The position numbers and the translations under genes were made by a program. From sequence record NC_006883.2: a stretch of DNA of 64,000 nucleotides. One strand, 5' to 3'. This document shows, piece by piece, positions 7,428-18,716 of the stretch. The notes under the pieces were generated by a model, which was given only the letters and a program-made list of their open reading frames with translations, had not been told where the DNA came from and made no database searches. Positions within the stretch are counted from its first letter, which is position 1. Every line of letters starts with the position of its first letter.

Positions 7428-8429
7428 ATGAAAAAAGCATTAATAACAGGCATAACTGGGCAGGATGGATCTTATCTTGCCGAGTTTCTTTTGTCTAAGG
7501 GATATGAAGTTCATGGTATTGTAAGGAGAAGTTCCCTAATCAATACTCATAGAATTGATCATATCTATGAGAAGATCACTCTTCATTATGGAGATCTAAC
7601 TGATCCTGTAAATGTTATGGGTGTCATTAGGGCAGTTGAACCTGCTGAGATCTATAATCTTGGTGCTCAAAGTCATGTTAAAGTTTCCTTTGAGATGCCA
7701 GAGTATACTTCTAATGTTGATGCTTTAGGAACTCTTAGAATACTTGAAGCAGTTCGTATGTTGGGAATGGAGAAAGATGTTCGCATCTATCAGGCATCTA
7801 CCAGCGAACTGTATGGTGGTGTTCTAGGCACTCCACTATCAGAAACCACACCATTTCATCCACGCTCTCCTTATGGTGTAGCAAAGTTGTATGGTTATTG
7901 GATCATCAAGAATTATCGTGAGTCATATGGATTCCACGCTAGTTCTGGTATTCTCTTCAATCACGAATCTCCAAGAAGAGGTGAGACATTTGTAACTCGT
8001 AAGATTACACAAGGTTTATCTAAGATCTCTGTTGGATTACAGAAGATTCTTTATCTTGGTAATCTTAATGCTAAGAGGGATTGGGGACACGCAAAGGATT
8101 ATGTTGAAGCGATGTGGTTAATGTTGCAACAGGATGAACCCGATGATTATGTGATTGCTACAGGTGAACAGTATTCTGTTAGAGACTTTGTGAATGAAGC
8201 AGCACCCTATTTTGGTTTTAAACTAGAATGGATGGGTGAAGGTGAAGACGAGATTGCTCTCGATTGGAATACTAAAAAAACAATCATCGGAATCAACCCT
8301 AGATACTTCAGACCTGCAGAAGTGGATTCATTATTAGGTGATGCTACAAAAGCAAAAGAAGTTTTAGGTTGGGAACCTAAGATTAAATTTAAAGAATTGG
8401 TTGAGGACATGTGCATTTATGGACAGTAA
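7428..8429 (+). CDS. gmd: GDP-mannose 4,6-dehydratase
   Basis: [43 protein letters not shown]. Confidence 0.97.
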   Translation: MKKALITGITGQDGSYLAEFLLSKGYEVHGIVRRSSLINTHRIDHIYEKITLHYGDLTDPVNVMGVIRAVEPAEIYNLGAQSHVKVSFEMPEYTSNVDALGTLRILEAVRMLGMEKDVRIYQASTSELYGGVLGTPLSETTPFHPRSPYGVAKLYGYWIIKNYRESYGFHASSGILFNHESPRRGETFVTRKITQGLSKISVGLQKILYLGNLNAKRDWGHAKDYVEAMWLMLQQDEPDDYVIATGEQYSVRDFVNEAAPYFGFKLEWMGEGEDEIALDWNTKKTIIGINPRYFRPAEVDSLLGDATKAKEVLGWEPKIKFKELVEDMCIYGQ

Positions 8430-9354
8430 TAGTAAAGTATTCGTTGCAGGGCATAAAGGTCTTGTAGGATCTGCGATATATCGTAATCTAGAATCTAAGC
8501 ATTATCAAAATATCTATTGGATAGGAAGAGATAACTGTGATCTAAGAAATAAGTTAGAGGTTGATGCATACTTTAAGCAATCGAAACCTGAGTATGTATT
8601 TCTTGCTGCTGCTAAGGTAGGTGGTATAGGTGGTAACTCTACCTATCCTGCCGATTTCATCTATGACAATCTGATGATTCAGACAAATGTTATTGATGCT
8701 GCATATCGTAATGGAGTTAAGAAACTATTGTTTCTAGGTTCATCTTGCATCTATCCTAAGTTTCCAAAGATACCTATTACAGAGGATCAGTTACTTGCTA
8801 GTCCTTTGGAAGAATCTAATAGTGCTTATGCAATTGCAAAGATAGCAGGTATGAGGATGTGTCAAGCATATCGTCAGCAGTATGGATTTAATGCAATATC
8901 ATTAATGCCTACTAATCTATACGGACCTAATGATAATTTTGATATTAATAATGGTCATGTATTACCATCACTCATCGCTAAGTTCCACGGATCACTTGAG
9001 AAGAGTGAGCACTGGGTTGTTAAGTTATGGGGTGATGGATCTCCGAAGAGAGAGTTCCTTCATGTTGATGATCTAGCAGAAGCTTGTGTTAAGTGTATGC
9101 AAGAGTATGATGATGAAGAACACATTAATGTTGGCACAGGTGAAGATGTAACTATCAAAGAACTTGCTGAAACTATTGTTGATGTGGTAGGATATAAGAA
9201 CCATTATGAATGGGATACCAGCAAACCAAATGGAACTCCACGCAAAGTATTGAATGTGGATAAGATGAAGTCACTTGGTTGGGAACCTAAGATTGGTCTT
9301 AGGGAAGGTATTGAATCTACTTATGAGTGGTATAAAGAAAATGTCAGAGACTAA
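8419..9354 (+). CDS. fcl: GDP-L-fucose synthase
   Basis: [40 protein letters not shown]; start at MDSNSK. Confidence 0.95.
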   Translation: MDSNSKVFVAGHKGLVGSAIYRNLESKHYQNIYWIGRDNCDLRNKLEVDAYFKQSKPEYVFLAAAKVGGIGGNSTYPADFIYDNLMIQTNVIDAAYRNGVKKLLFLGSSCIYPKFPKIPITEDQLLASPLEESNSAYAIAKIAGMRMCQAYRQQYGFNAISLMPTNLYGPNDNFDINNGHVLPSLIAKFHGSLEKSEHWVVKLWGDGSPKREFLHVDDLAEACVKCMQEYDDEEHINVGTGEDVTIKELAETIVDVVGYKNHYEWDTSKPNGTPRKVLNVDKMKSLGWEPKIGLREGIESTYEWYKENVRD

Positions 9355-10201
9355 AAGAATCCTTATTCTTGGATCAAGTGGTCAGATAGGAGCATACCTA
9401 ACAGAATACTTTAAGAAAAAAGATTATGATGTTAGGGAGTTTGATATTGTAAATGGTGAAGATCAAGACATTAGAAAGTTTGAGAGTTCAACTTTACACG
9501 CAGCGATTAGTACTGCTGACTTTATTTTCTTCCTTGCCTTTGATGTTGGTGGATCAAGGTACTTGAAAAAGTATCAACATACCTTTGATTTCATTCATAA
9601 CAACTCAAGGATAATGGTAAATGCCTTTGATTATATAAAAAGGTATGAAAAACCGTTCGTTTTCGCATCATCTCAGATGTCGAACATGGGTCATTCACCC
9701 TACGGTGTTCTTAAAAATGTAGGAGAACTGTATACAAAATCCTTAAATGGGTTGGTAGTTAAGTTCTGGAACATATATGGTATAGAAAAGGATATGGATA
9801 AGTCCCATGTGATTACTGATTTCATTAAAAAGGGATTTGAAACTGGCACTATTGACATGATTACAGATGGCACGGAAGAAAGGGAATTTCTATACGCTGA
9901 AGATTGTTGCGAAGCGTTGGATACGGTTATGTCTAAGTACTCTGAGTTCACTAGCGATAATGATCTTCATATTACTTCTGGCAATTCTACAAGTATTTTG
10001 GAGATTGGTAGAGAAATACAAAAGTTATTCAAAGGTATCGGTAAGGAAATCGAGGTTGTCCCCTCTGAAGAGAAGGATGTTGTACAGAAGGACGCAAGAA
10101 ATATCGCAGATCCATTCTTTAGAAAATGGTGGGAACCAAAAACTTCCTTAGTAGAAGGTATCGGTAAAGTGTTTAATGAGATGAAAAATGACAAAGGTTA
10201 G
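9341..10201 (+). CDS. NAD-dependent epimerase/dehydratase
   Basis: LGSSGQIG Rossmann motif, YGVLK catalytic motif; start at MSETK. Confidence 0.85.
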   Translation: MSETKRILILGSSGQIGAYLTEYFKKKDYDVREFDIVNGEDQDIRKFESSTLHAAISTADFIFFLAFDVGGSRYLKKYQHTFDFIHNNSRIMVNAFDYIKRYEKPFVFASSQMSNMGHSPYGVLKNVGELYTKSLNGLVVKFWNIYGIEKDMDKSHVITDFIKKGFETGTIDMITDGTEEREFLYAEDCCEALDTVMSKYSEFTSDNDLHITSGNSTSILEIGREIQKLFKGIGKEIEVVPSEEKDVVQKDARNIADPFFRKWWEPKTSLVEGIGKVFNEMKNDKG

Positions 10202-10967
10202 TACGATTACACCTTGCTATAATATGGGCAAGTATATGCAAGGTTTCCTTGAGAATCTTTCTAAGCAAACTCATAAGGATATTGAGATAGTGATGGATCA
10301 TAATAATCCTTCAGATGAAGAGGTTACTATGATTGAAGAATATAATGAAATCTATGATAATATCTTTCACATTCAAGTAGAAGGTGTTGATCCTATTGGC
10401 ATCTCTATGAACAGATGTATTGAAAATGCGTCTGGTGAATACTTGTGTATATGGAATATAGATGATCTAAGAACACCTGATTCTGTTGAGATGATGGCAA
10501 AGGCATTAGACGATAACCCTGATGTTGATTTTGTATATGGAGACTTTACTATAGTTCCACGATTCAGATCTACTGAAGGAGAGTATGTTGATAATGCTGG
10601 TAGAGAGGATCTACTCAAGGTTGGAATGATTCTCGGACCTTTCTTTATGTTTAGGAAATCTATTCTAAAGATGACTAAGGTATTTGATGAGCAATTAGTA
10701 TCGGGTGCTGATTATGATCTAGCATTACGATTAGCTCATAATGGTAAAGGAATGCATATACCCCATAACTCAGGTTATTATCTGAATGAGGGATTAGGTG
10801 CAAGCACTAGACCAGACAGTAAGCAACCAGTAGAGAGGACTGTGATTGAAATGAGATACGGATTAGATGTTATTGACCCACGGTTGATACCTTATACAAG
10901 TGATTATGATATTGAGAATGTTCATAATGGAACTTTTAAATTTAAAGCCAAGTGTTTAGTAGCATGA
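10188..10967 (+). CDS. Glycosyltransferase family 2
   Basis: STITPCYN, NIDD, ADYDLALR. Confidence 0.85.
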   Translation: MTKVSTITPCYNMGKYMQGFLENLSKQTHKDIEIVMDHNNPSDEEVTMIEEYNEIYDNIFHIQVEGVDPIGISMNRCIENASGEYLCIWNIDDLRTPDSVEMMAKALDDNPDVDFVYGDFTIVPRFRSTEGEYVDNAGREDLLKVGMILGPFFMFRKSILKMTKVFDEQLVSGADYDLALRLAHNGKGMHIPHNSGYYLNEGLGASTRPDSKQPVERTVIEMRYGLDVIDPRLIPYTSDYDIENVHNGTFKFKAKCLVA

Positions 10968-11866
10968 AAGTAATTGCCTTATTGCCATTTAAAAATGAAG
11001 AATGGTGTTTACCTGCATACCTTCACAATACAAAGGTAATCGCAGATGAGATTATTGCCATAGATGATGGATCTACCGATGATTCTGTAAAAATTTTAGA
11101 ATATGCTGGTGCAAAAGTATATTCCTCAGAAAAACTAAGGAACTTTAATTCTGGTTGGTCTGAAGGATCTATTCGTGCAGAGTTATTAAGATTAGGTAGA
11201 GAAGCAGAAGGAACTCATTTTGTTTGCTTAGATGCTGATGAATCTTTTAGTAATAACTTTGCGGTATTAGCAAAACAGATATTACCTCAAGTTAAACCAG
11301 GTAAAAAGATTGCTATGCAATGGTTGGCACTATGGAAAAGTTATACTCATTATAGACATGATTCTACTGTGTGGAGTGATAACTGGAAGGAGTTTATATT
11401 TGCAGATGATCCATCATTAAGTTATAACTCAGAACAACATATGCATCTTGGTAGAACACCTGTTTCTCCTGATGAATCTGGTGATTCTAATTGGTTGCGT
11501 ATAGATCAAAATATTGGAACCGTATTACATTTCCAATTTGCTGCATATAATAATTTCCAATTAAAGCAATCTTGGTTTAGATGTTCGGAATTAATTCAAG
11601 CACCAGGTACAGAAGCAGCGATTAATGCTAAGTATTCTATTACATTATTAGATGATAATGTTGGTCTTAAGGAGATGCCTGAAGTTTGGTATGAGGGTAT
11701 TCCTATGCCTACGATTGGATATGATCCAGAGTGGGGTGAAGATTCGTTTGCTAGAAAGGATCTATTACCAGGTATAATGAAGTACTTTGATGATTATGGT
11801 GTTGAGTATTTTAAAGGTTTAGATATTTGGCACATACCACAACTAAAGGAAAGATTAGATGGGTAA
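10964..11866 (+). CDS. Glycosyltransferase family 2-like
   Basis: IAIDDGSTD, CLDADE, LHFQF. Confidence 0.8.
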   Translation: MKVIALLPFKNEEWCLPAYLHNTKVIADEIIAIDDGSTDDSVKILEYAGAKVYSSEKLRNFNSGWSEGSIRAELLRLGREAEGTHFVCLDADESFSNNFAVLAKQILPQVKPGKKIAMQWLALWKSYTHYRHDSTVWSDNWKEFIFADDPSLSYNSEQHMHLGRTPVSPDESGDSNWLRIDQNIGTVLHFQFAAYNNFQLKQSWFRCSELIQAPGTEAAINAKYSITLLDDNVGLKEMPEVWYEGIPMPTIGYDPEWGEDSFARKDLLPGIMKYFDDYGVEYFKGLDIWHIPQLKERLDG

Positions 11867-12470
11867 TATTCAATCTATTTTTCCAGTACCCATATACATG
11901 GATAAAGCAGAGGGAGAAAATTTTAAATTAATTCAAGAGGAACTCCTTTCTATCACTGAAAAAATTGAATTTTCTCAAAGAAAGGGGTGGAATAAAGATA
12001 CTCATATGTTGAATAAAGATCCTTTTTCTACTAATTTTTTATTTGACAACAATTGCCAAAATACTGTGAGATTTATCTATGAATCTGCTACCGAGTATGT
12101 TCAAAATATTGCTGGTCATCCTGATTATCAATATAGTATAATAGAATCTTGGATAACTAAAACATTAAAAGGTCAGTATGCTCATGAACATCATCATGGT
12201 GCTACTGATATTTCAGGGGTATATTATATTAACACTAATGGAGAAGATGGTAATTTGATATTTGATAATATTCACAGTCAAATGGCTGGTAATTTTGTAT
12301 TTTCTTCATTGGTTTTTGATCACAAACTGCCTTTAGAAAATGGTTTACTTATTCTTTGGCCAGGACTACTTAGACATAGAACACAAGAAAACACTACTGA
12401 TAATGAAAGATTGAGTTTAAGTTTTAATATTATGATAGGAAGAAAGGGGTTTGTAGTAGAAAATGGTTAG
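11859..12470 (+). CDS. Putative 2OG-Fe(II) oxygenase
   Basis: IFPVP, HEHHHG..DISGVYY, WPGLLRH, RLSLSFN. Confidence 0.85.
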   Translation: MGNIQSIFPVPIYMDKAEGENFKLIQEELLSITEKIEFSQRKGWNKDTHMLNKDPFSTNFLFDNNCQNTVRFIYESATEYVQNIAGHPDYQYSIIESWITKTLKGQYAHEHHHGATDISGVYYINTNGEDGNLIFDNIHSQMAGNFVFSSLVFDHKLPLENGLLILWPGLLRHRTQENTTDNERLSLSFNIMIGRKGFVVENG

Positions 12471-13605
12471 TGCGAGAATCAATTTAGATCATTACTTTGA
12501 TCCTAATGAAAAGAGAATCAGAGTTGCTTTCATAAAGTTCTGTGGTATGGCTACAGGTGGTACTGAGAAGGTTCTACAAACTATTGCTTCAAACTTAGAT
12601 AAGAATAAGTTTCTAGTAGATTTTTATTACTGTGATTCTGCACCTTATATTGGATCTGATTTCGTTCATCCTGATAATGATCTTGATAGGATGGCATATT
12701 GTTATGCTGGTGGTGTAAGATTAATTAAGTTTTTTGTAAAGAATAAAGATCTAAGAGTTCCCACACACGATTGGATAGGTACTGATTTCTGGGATGTATT
12801 TAAAGAGAGTAGATATGATGTAATACAGACTGGTCGTGCTGGACATCCAGAATATCCTTTCACCTTAATTAATAACACTCCTATAGTTGATAGTATTCAT
12901 CTGGCAGGGATGGCAGAGGATAAACCAAATGTATATAAGACAGTTTTAATATCTAAGGATCAAAGGGACAGATGGGTTAGTGCTGGTGGTCCTAGAGATA
13001 GATCGGTAATCATACCAAACCCAGTAGAGATACCTGATTATACTGACAGTTATATACAGAAATTAAAATTAAGAAGGAAGTTTGTATTTGGTATGCATCA
13101 AAGAGATGATGATGGTATCTTCTCTAGTATTCCTTTAGATGCATATAAAACTATTGAAAGTGATAAGACTCATTTTATAATGTTAGGTGGAAGTGCTAGA
13201 TATAAAAAGCAAGCAGAAGATCTTGGTATTAAGAATATTACTTTCTTACCAACGGTGTCTGATTTAGAATCTATTCATAAGTTTTTGAACACATTAAAGG
13301 TATATTCACACGGTAGAGCAGATGGCGAACAGTGTTCTTGTGCTATAATAGAAGCACTAGCACATAATTTACCTGTGATTAGTCATACTGCACCTAGTAT
13401 GGGTCATTTAGAACAGATAGGTAATGCTGGTAAAGTGGTTTCTAATCCTGTTGAATACTCTGAGGTAATGATTAAATTGATTGAGGATAAGGAATATTAT
13501 AAAGAATGTTCTACTAATGCAAAGAAAAGGTTTGATTCTATCTATGGTATGGATGCAATTATATCAAGATACTCTGCCATCTATGAGGAAATAAAAAATG
13601 GATGA
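12463..13605 (+). CDS. Glycosyltransferase family 4 (GT-B)
   Basis: GGTEKV, IIPNPV, GEQCSCAIIEALAHNLPVI. Confidence 0.85.
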   Translation: MVSARINLDHYFDPNEKRIRVAFIKFCGMATGGTEKVLQTIASNLDKNKFLVDFYYCDSAPYIGSDFVHPDNDLDRMAYCYAGGVRLIKFFVKNKDLRVPTHDWIGTDFWDVFKESRYDVIQTGRAGHPEYPFTLINNTPIVDSIHLAGMAEDKPNVYKTVLISKDQRDRWVSAGGPRDRSVIIPNPVEIPDYTDSYIQKLKLRRKFVFGMHQRDDDGIFSSIPLDAYKTIESDKTHFIMLGGSARYKKQAEDLGIKNITFLPTVSDLESIHKFLNTLKVYSHGRADGEQCSCAIIEALAHNLPVISHTAPSMGHLEQIGNAGKVVSNPVEYSEVMIKLIEDKEYYKECSTNAKKRFDSIYGMDAIISRYSAIYEEIKNG

Positions 13606-14236
13606 TATATCTTACACTAAACATAATTCTCATTATGTTCAGGACTCTGCTCTTAGTGCAGAGAAAATGGCACATGAAAGAAACAATATAGAAAACTTTA
13701 AATTTTTATATCAACCAGATGTTCCTCACGGTGATGTATTAGACAGTACTAAATTTAAAACTGCTGTTGATATTGGATCTGGTACTGGATGGTTTGCTAA
13801 TTATCTTGTTAATGAGAGAAAGTATAGTAAGGTATATGCAATAGAACCATCTGAATCTGCTATTGATATTTCTAAACAAATATATCCTGATCAGAAGAAA
13901 GTGAAATATATAAATGGGTTTGCTGAAGAAGAGTTATCAAAAATAAAGTTGACAAAACCTTCTTTATTTTCTACTTTATGTGTTCTAACTCATCTTAAGA
14001 ATGAAACTGTAATACCTATTTTAAGTGCTGTTGATAAGATCGCACAAACTGGATCTGTTCTTGCTTGTTCAGAGGCTTGGGGTATTAGACATATAGAAGA
14101 TGCTTGGAATATCAGATCACCTGAATGGTGGGTTGAGAATCTTCCTAATTGGGAATTTGAATTCTATAATGATTATGTTCTTCCTCATCCAACAGATCAT
14201 CCACGTTACAAAGGATTTATTGCTACTAAATTATGA
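13598..14236 (+). CDS. Class I SAM-dependent methyltransferase
   Basis: VDIGSGTGW, AIEPS. Confidence 0.85.
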   Translation: MDDISYTKHNSHYVQDSALSAEKMAHERNNIENFKFLYQPDVPHGDVLDSTKFKTAVDIGSGTGWFANYLVNERKYSKVYAIEPSESAIDISKQIYPDQKKVKYINGFAEEELSKIKLTKPSLFSTLCVLTHLKNETVIPILSAVDKIAQTGSVLACSEAWGIRHIEDAWNIRSPEWWVENLPNWEFEFYNDYVLPHPTDHPRYKGFIATKL

Positions 14237-15027
14237 TTAGTTTTAACAGTCTTGGAAATCTTGGTAGACTTGCTAACCAGATGTTTCAGTATGCTTCATT
14301 AAAAGGTATTGCCAAGAATAGGGGTTTTGATTTTGTCATACCACCTGAAAGTAAGTTTGGAGAATCAGATCCTTTAGTTAGAAGTGATCCTCTTAATATA
14401 CATAATTGTTTTTATGTTGGTAAACATACTGAGATGGGATTGTATCCTAATGATATGTTTGGTGAAAGGATGCACACCTTTGATAAGGATTTATTTGAAC
14501 AGTGTCCTGATAATATAGATCTATTTGGATATTTTCAAACACCAAAGTATTTTAATCATATTGAAGATGAGATAAGAAAAGATTTTTCTTTCTCTAAGGA
14601 GTTGAATGATAGTTGTCAGGATGTAGTGAATAGTTTGGGTGATGATCCAATCTCACTTCATATTCGTAGAACTGATTACAAAGCAAATCCAAATCATCCC
14701 TTACAAACGATAGAGTATTATCAGAGTGCTTTAGATAAGTTACCTAAAGATTCTCCTGTGATTGTATTCTCGGATGATCCTGAGTGGTGTGAGAACCATG
14801 AAGCGTTCTCTGATGATAGGTTTGCTATATCAAATAACGCAGCAGACTTCGATCTATGTTTAATGACTTTATGTAAGTATCATATTATTGCTAACTCATC
14901 TTACTCTTGGTGGGGTGCTTGGTTAGGTAAGAGTGATATGGTTATCGCACCTAAGAATTGGTTTGGTGCTAGTTGTGCTCATAAATCTGTAGAGGATATG
15001 CAATTCGGAGGTTGGATCTGGTTATGA
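14233..15027 (+). CDS. Alpha-1,2-fucosyltransferase (GT11)
   Basis: GRLANQMFQYA, GYFQ, SLHIRRTDY, FSDDPEWC, IANSSYSWWGAWL. Confidence 0.92.
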   Translation: MISFNSLGNLGRLANQMFQYASLKGIAKNRGFDFVIPPESKFGESDPLVRSDPLNIHNCFYVGKHTEMGLYPNDMFGERMHTFDKDLFEQCPDNIDLFGYFQTPKYFNHIEDEIRKDFSFSKELNDSCQDVVNSLGDDPISLHIRRTDYKANPNHPLQTIEYYQSALDKLPKDSPVIVFSDDPEWCENHEAFSDDRFAISNNAADFDLCLMTLCKYHIIANSSYSWWGAWLGKSDMVIAPKNWFGASCAHKSVEDMQFGGWIWL

Positions 15028-15887
15028 TTAATTTATTTTATGAAGAGGATTATTGGCGTGGTGCTAGAACTTTAAATGGTCCTAAAAAGGTTATTGACAA
15101 TTTAAAGGCATCTTTAGAACAAGAGAAGATACCTTATGCTATTAATGAAGAGAAGTATAAGAATAACTTCTTAGTTCAGTATGACTATAATGCATATCTA
15201 AAACATTCTAAACTTACATTAGAGAACTGTGTGATAGGTCCACAGATATGGATGTTTGATTCTCATATAGAACTAAAGGAGAATCCACATTATTATAAGT
15301 CTATTATTACACCATCTCAGTGGGTAAAGGATCTTTATGTAAGTAAGTTTGGATACCCAGAAGAAAAGATATCTGTCTGGCCAGTTGGTATTACATTACC
15401 CAAATACAAAAGAGAGAAGAAGTATGGGTGTTTGGTTTACTATAAACGTAGAGATGAAGCATCATTATCTAAGGTTAGAGAACTACTAGCAGATAGGCAT
15501 ATAACATATAATGTTATGGAGTATGGTCAATATTCTCAGAATGCACTTGAGATACTTGCACCAGAATCAGAATTTTGTTTTGTATTAAATGGGACAGAAA
15601 GTCAGGGTATAGCAATCCAAGAGATTATGAGTTATAACACTCCTATGTTTGTATGGGATATTGAATCTTGGGAGGATCAAGGACCAGAATGGTCTGTTCC
15701 AGCAACATCGATTCCATATTGGTCTGATGAATGTGGTGAAAGATTTGTTAACGCTGATGATATGGACGTGACATTTGATAAGTTTTATAGTAGAATAGGT
15801 GAATATAATCCTCGTAAATATGTTGAGGATAATTTATCTTACAAGAAATCAGTAGAAAAGTTATTGGAGATTTTCGATGCTAATTAG
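15024..15887 (+). CDS. Putative glycosyltransferase (GT-B-like)
   Basis: ESQGIAIQEIMSYNTPMFV; position in glycan island. Confidence 0.65.
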   Translation: MINLFYEEDYWRGARTLNGPKKVIDNLKASLEQEKIPYAINEEKYKNNFLVQYDYNAYLKHSKLTLENCVIGPQIWMFDSHIELKENPHYYKSIITPSQWVKDLYVSKFGYPEEKISVWPVGITLPKYKREKKYGCLVYYKRRDEASLSKVRELLADRHITYNVMEYGQYSQNALEILAPESEFCFVLNGTESQGIAIQEIMSYNTPMFVWDIESWEDQGPEWSVPATSIPYWSDECGERFVNADDMDVTFDKFYSRIGEYNPRKYVEDNLSYKKSVEKLLEIFDAN

Positions 15888-16497
15888 TTTTAAAGACTTA
15901 GTTAAAAAATATGACCTAAAGATTAGAGGCATTATTCATATTGGTGGTCATCATGGTGAAGAATTAGAAGATTATATTGATGAAGGAATTCAGAATATAC
16001 TTTTATTTGAACCTTTAAGTGATTGTTTTGATGTTATAGGATATAAGTGTCAAGATTTAAATGCTAATATTCAAGGGCATCAAGTTGCATTGGGTTCTGA
16101 AAGAGGAATTAAGAAGATGTATGTGAGTGATAATGAAAAGCAAAGTAGTTCTATTTTGAAACCAAAAGTTCATTTAACACATCATCCTCATGTAAAGTTT
16201 GTTGAAACAGAAAACGTAGAGGTTCATCTTTTAGATGATTATATTAAGGATGTTAAAAATTATAATTTTATTAATATGGATGTTCAAGGATATGAACTTG
16301 AAGTATTAAAGGGTGGGAAGAAAGTATTAGAGAATATTAATTATGTTTATTGTGAAGTGAATCGTGATGAGGTTTATGAGAATAATGCATATGTAGAAGA
16401 GATTGATGAGTTCCTCGCTGATTATGGTATGGAAAGAGTAGAAACCAATTGGGCAGGTGACATTTGGGGTGATGCACTTTATATAAGAACAAAATGA
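15877..16497 (+). CDS. FkbM-family methyltransferase
   Basis: IIHIGGHHGE, LFEP, NMDVQGYELEVLKG. Confidence 0.9.
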   Translation: MLISFKDLVKKYDLKIRGIIHIGGHHGEELEDYIDEGIQNILLFEPLSDCFDVIGYKCQDLNANIQGHQVALGSERGIKKMYVSDNEKQSSSILKPKVHLTHHPHVKFVETENVEVHLLDDYIKDVKNYNFINMDVQGYELEVLKGGKKVLENINYVYCEVNRDEVYENNAYVEEIDEFLADYGMERVETNWAGDIWGDALYIRTK

Positions 16498-17189
16498 AAA
16501 TTTGTATTTTAACCATAGCAACAAACAAATATATTCAGTTTGTTGAAAAGTTATATGATAATATTGATGATCATTTTTTAAATGGACATGAAATAGAAGG
16601 TATAATTTTTACTGATCAGGAAGTAGAATCTTCTGATAATATTAAAATATCTCAGATAGAACATGAACCTTGGCCAGTTCCTACTTTGAAGAGATACAAT
16701 TACTTTATGAAAGAAGCAGAGCATATCTCTAAGTATGATTACTGCTTCTATTTTGATGTAGATATGGGTATAGTAGATAAGGTTGGTGATGAGGTCTTAG
16801 GTGATCTTGTTGCTACTATGCATCCATATCAATCTTTTGCTCCTAAGATACAAAGATCATATGATCGTAATCCAAAGTCATTAGCATATGTTCCTTTATA
16901 TGATGAGGGTGAACATTACTATGCTGGTGGATTCAATGGTGGATCTACTAAGAGATTCCTAGAGATGGCAGAGGTTATTGCTGATAGGGTTAATAAGGAT
17001 CTTGAGAATGATGTTATTGCTTTATGGCACGATGAGTCGCATTTGAACAGGTATTTGATTGATAATCCACCAACCATAAGTTTAACCCCTTCATATTGTT
17101 TTGCAGAGGAACAGATGAGTAACTTAGAATATCCATATAAACCAAAAATTATTGCATTGAAGAAGGATCATAATGAACTTAGATCTTAG
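16494..17189 (+). CDS. Glycosyltransferase family 6 (ABO-like alpha-1,3-GalNAc/Gal transferase)
   Basis: IATNKY, FTD, DVD motif, YYAGGFNGG, WHDESHLN. Confidence 0.92.
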   Translation: MKICILTIATNKYIQFVEKLYDNIDDHFLNGHEIEGIIFTDQEVESSDNIKISQIEHEPWPVPTLKRYNYFMKEAEHISKYDYCFYFDVDMGIVDKVGDEVLGDLVATMHPYQSFAPKIQRSYDRNPKSLAYVPLYDEGEHYYAGGFNGGSTKRFLEMAEVIADRVNKDLENDVIALWHDESHLNRYLIDNPPTISLTPSYCFAEEQMSNLEYPYKPKIIALKKDHNELRS

Positions 17190-17811
17190 AACTGTATCAG
17201 CAGTCTATATCAATCTCAAGAAGGATGTAAAAAAAGATTTTGAGATGAAGAGGTTGATGGTTGACTTTGGATTCAAGAATGTTATTCGTGTAGAAGGTAA
17301 TGTTATACCCGATAGACATCTTGCTGGATGTTCTCTCTCACACTATAATGCTCTACATGAAATAGATCCACCCTTTATTATCTTTGAGGATGATTGTGTA
17401 ATCAAAAACAATACACCAGAGATAGAAATACCTGATGATGCAGATGCAGTTTATCTTGGTGTGTCTTCTTGGGGTAGAATGAACTCACACTCAGGACCAT
17501 TTGTTCAGTATGAAAAGGTTGATGAAAATCTTGTAAGGGTGTATAATATGCTTGGTGCTCACGCAATATTATATCTGAATCAAGAGTATGCTTCTATGTG
17601 TAGTAGAATCGCTCAGAATGGATATGATATAGCAGATCATCAAGATATAGGATTCGCAGAGATTCAAAGGTACTTTAATGTATATGCCTTTAATGATCCT
17701 CTGTTCTATCAGACAAGTTCTAATGGAACTAATGAACCATTAACTTCATATCCTACACAAGAATTGATGCAACCACATCGTTCATTCTGGAAACCAACAG
17801 CTTTATACTAA
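17173..17811 (+). CDS. Glycosyltransferase, GT25-like
   Basis: YINL, GCSLSH, IFEDD. Confidence 0.7.
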   Translation: MNLDLRTVSAVYINLKKDVKKDFEMKRLMVDFGFKNVIRVEGNVIPDRHLAGCSLSHYNALHEIDPPFIIFEDDCVIKNNTPEIEIPDDADAVYLGVSSWGRMNSHSGPFVQYEKVDENLVRVYNMLGAHAILYLNQEYASMCSRIAQNGYDIADHQDIGFAEIQRYFNVYAFNDPLFYQTSSNGTNEPLTSYPTQELMQPHRSFWKPTALY

Positions 17812-18716
17812 TGAGTAAACCCCTAAGTTTAGTAACAGGTGCAGCAGGTTTTATTGGATCAAACCTGACTGACTATCTTCTTGATTTAGATCATCAAGTT
17901 ATATGTGTTGATAATAAGAGTGCTGATAATGATAAGTTCCATTGGAACGATAAGGCATGGAATGTAGATTGTGATATAACAGATTACAAAGCTATGAAGA
18001 ATGTATTCAACAAGGTTGATTATGTTTTTCACTTGGCAGCAGAGTCAAGAATACAATCTGCAATAGACAATCCTATACAGGCAGTTCAGAGGAATTGTGT
18101 AGGTACTGCTACGGTGCTACAGTGTGCTAGAGAAGCTGGCGTAAAGAGATTTGTATATTCTTCAACCTCTTCTGGTTACGGTAATAATCCTTTTCCAAAT
18201 GTAGAGACACAACCAGATGATTGTCTGAATCCTTATTCTGCAACTAAGGTTGCTGGTGAGAAACTATGTAAGATGTATACTAATCTCTATGGGTTAGAGA
18301 CAGTTGTTCTTAGATACTTTAATGTCTTTGGGCAGAGATCCCCTACAAAGGGGCAGTATGCTCCTGTGATTGGTATATTCAGAAGGCAGTTAGATAGTAA
18401 AGAACCATTAACTATTGTTGGTGATGGATCTCAGAGAAGAGATTTTGTTCATGTTAATGATGTAGCAAGAGCAAATTATCTTGCATCAATATTACCACTT
18501 CAAGGACACGAGGGTGAAGTGTTTAATGTGGGTAGTGGAAAGAACTATTCTGTTCAAGAGATTGCAGATGTTATTTCTGATAATCAAGTTTATCTTCCAA
18601 AGAGAGAAGGTGAGATGGACACTACTCTTGCTAACATAGATAAGATTGGTAGTATAATAGGATGGAAACCTGAAGTGGATGTAATGGATTGGATTAAAGG
18701 TGAGATGAATGGATAA
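17811..18716 (+). CDS. NAD-dependent nucleotide-sugar epimerase
   Basis: TGAAGFIGS, HLAA, YSSTSS, PYSATK, LRYFNVFG. Confidence 0.9.
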   Translation: MSKPLSLVTGAAGFIGSNLTDYLLDLDHQVICVDNKSADNDKFHWNDKAWNVDCDITDYKAMKNVFNKVDYVFHLAAESRIQSAIDNPIQAVQRNCVGTATVLQCAREAGVKRFVYSSTSSGYGNNPFPNVETQPDDCLNPYSATKVAGEKLCKMYTNLYGLETVVLRYFNVFGQRSPTKGQYAPVIGIFRRQLDSKEPLTIVGDGSQRRDFVHVNDVARANYLASILPLQGHEGEVFNVGSGKNYSVQEIADVISDNQVYLPKREGEMDTTLANIDKIGSIIGWKPEVDVMDWIKGEMNG

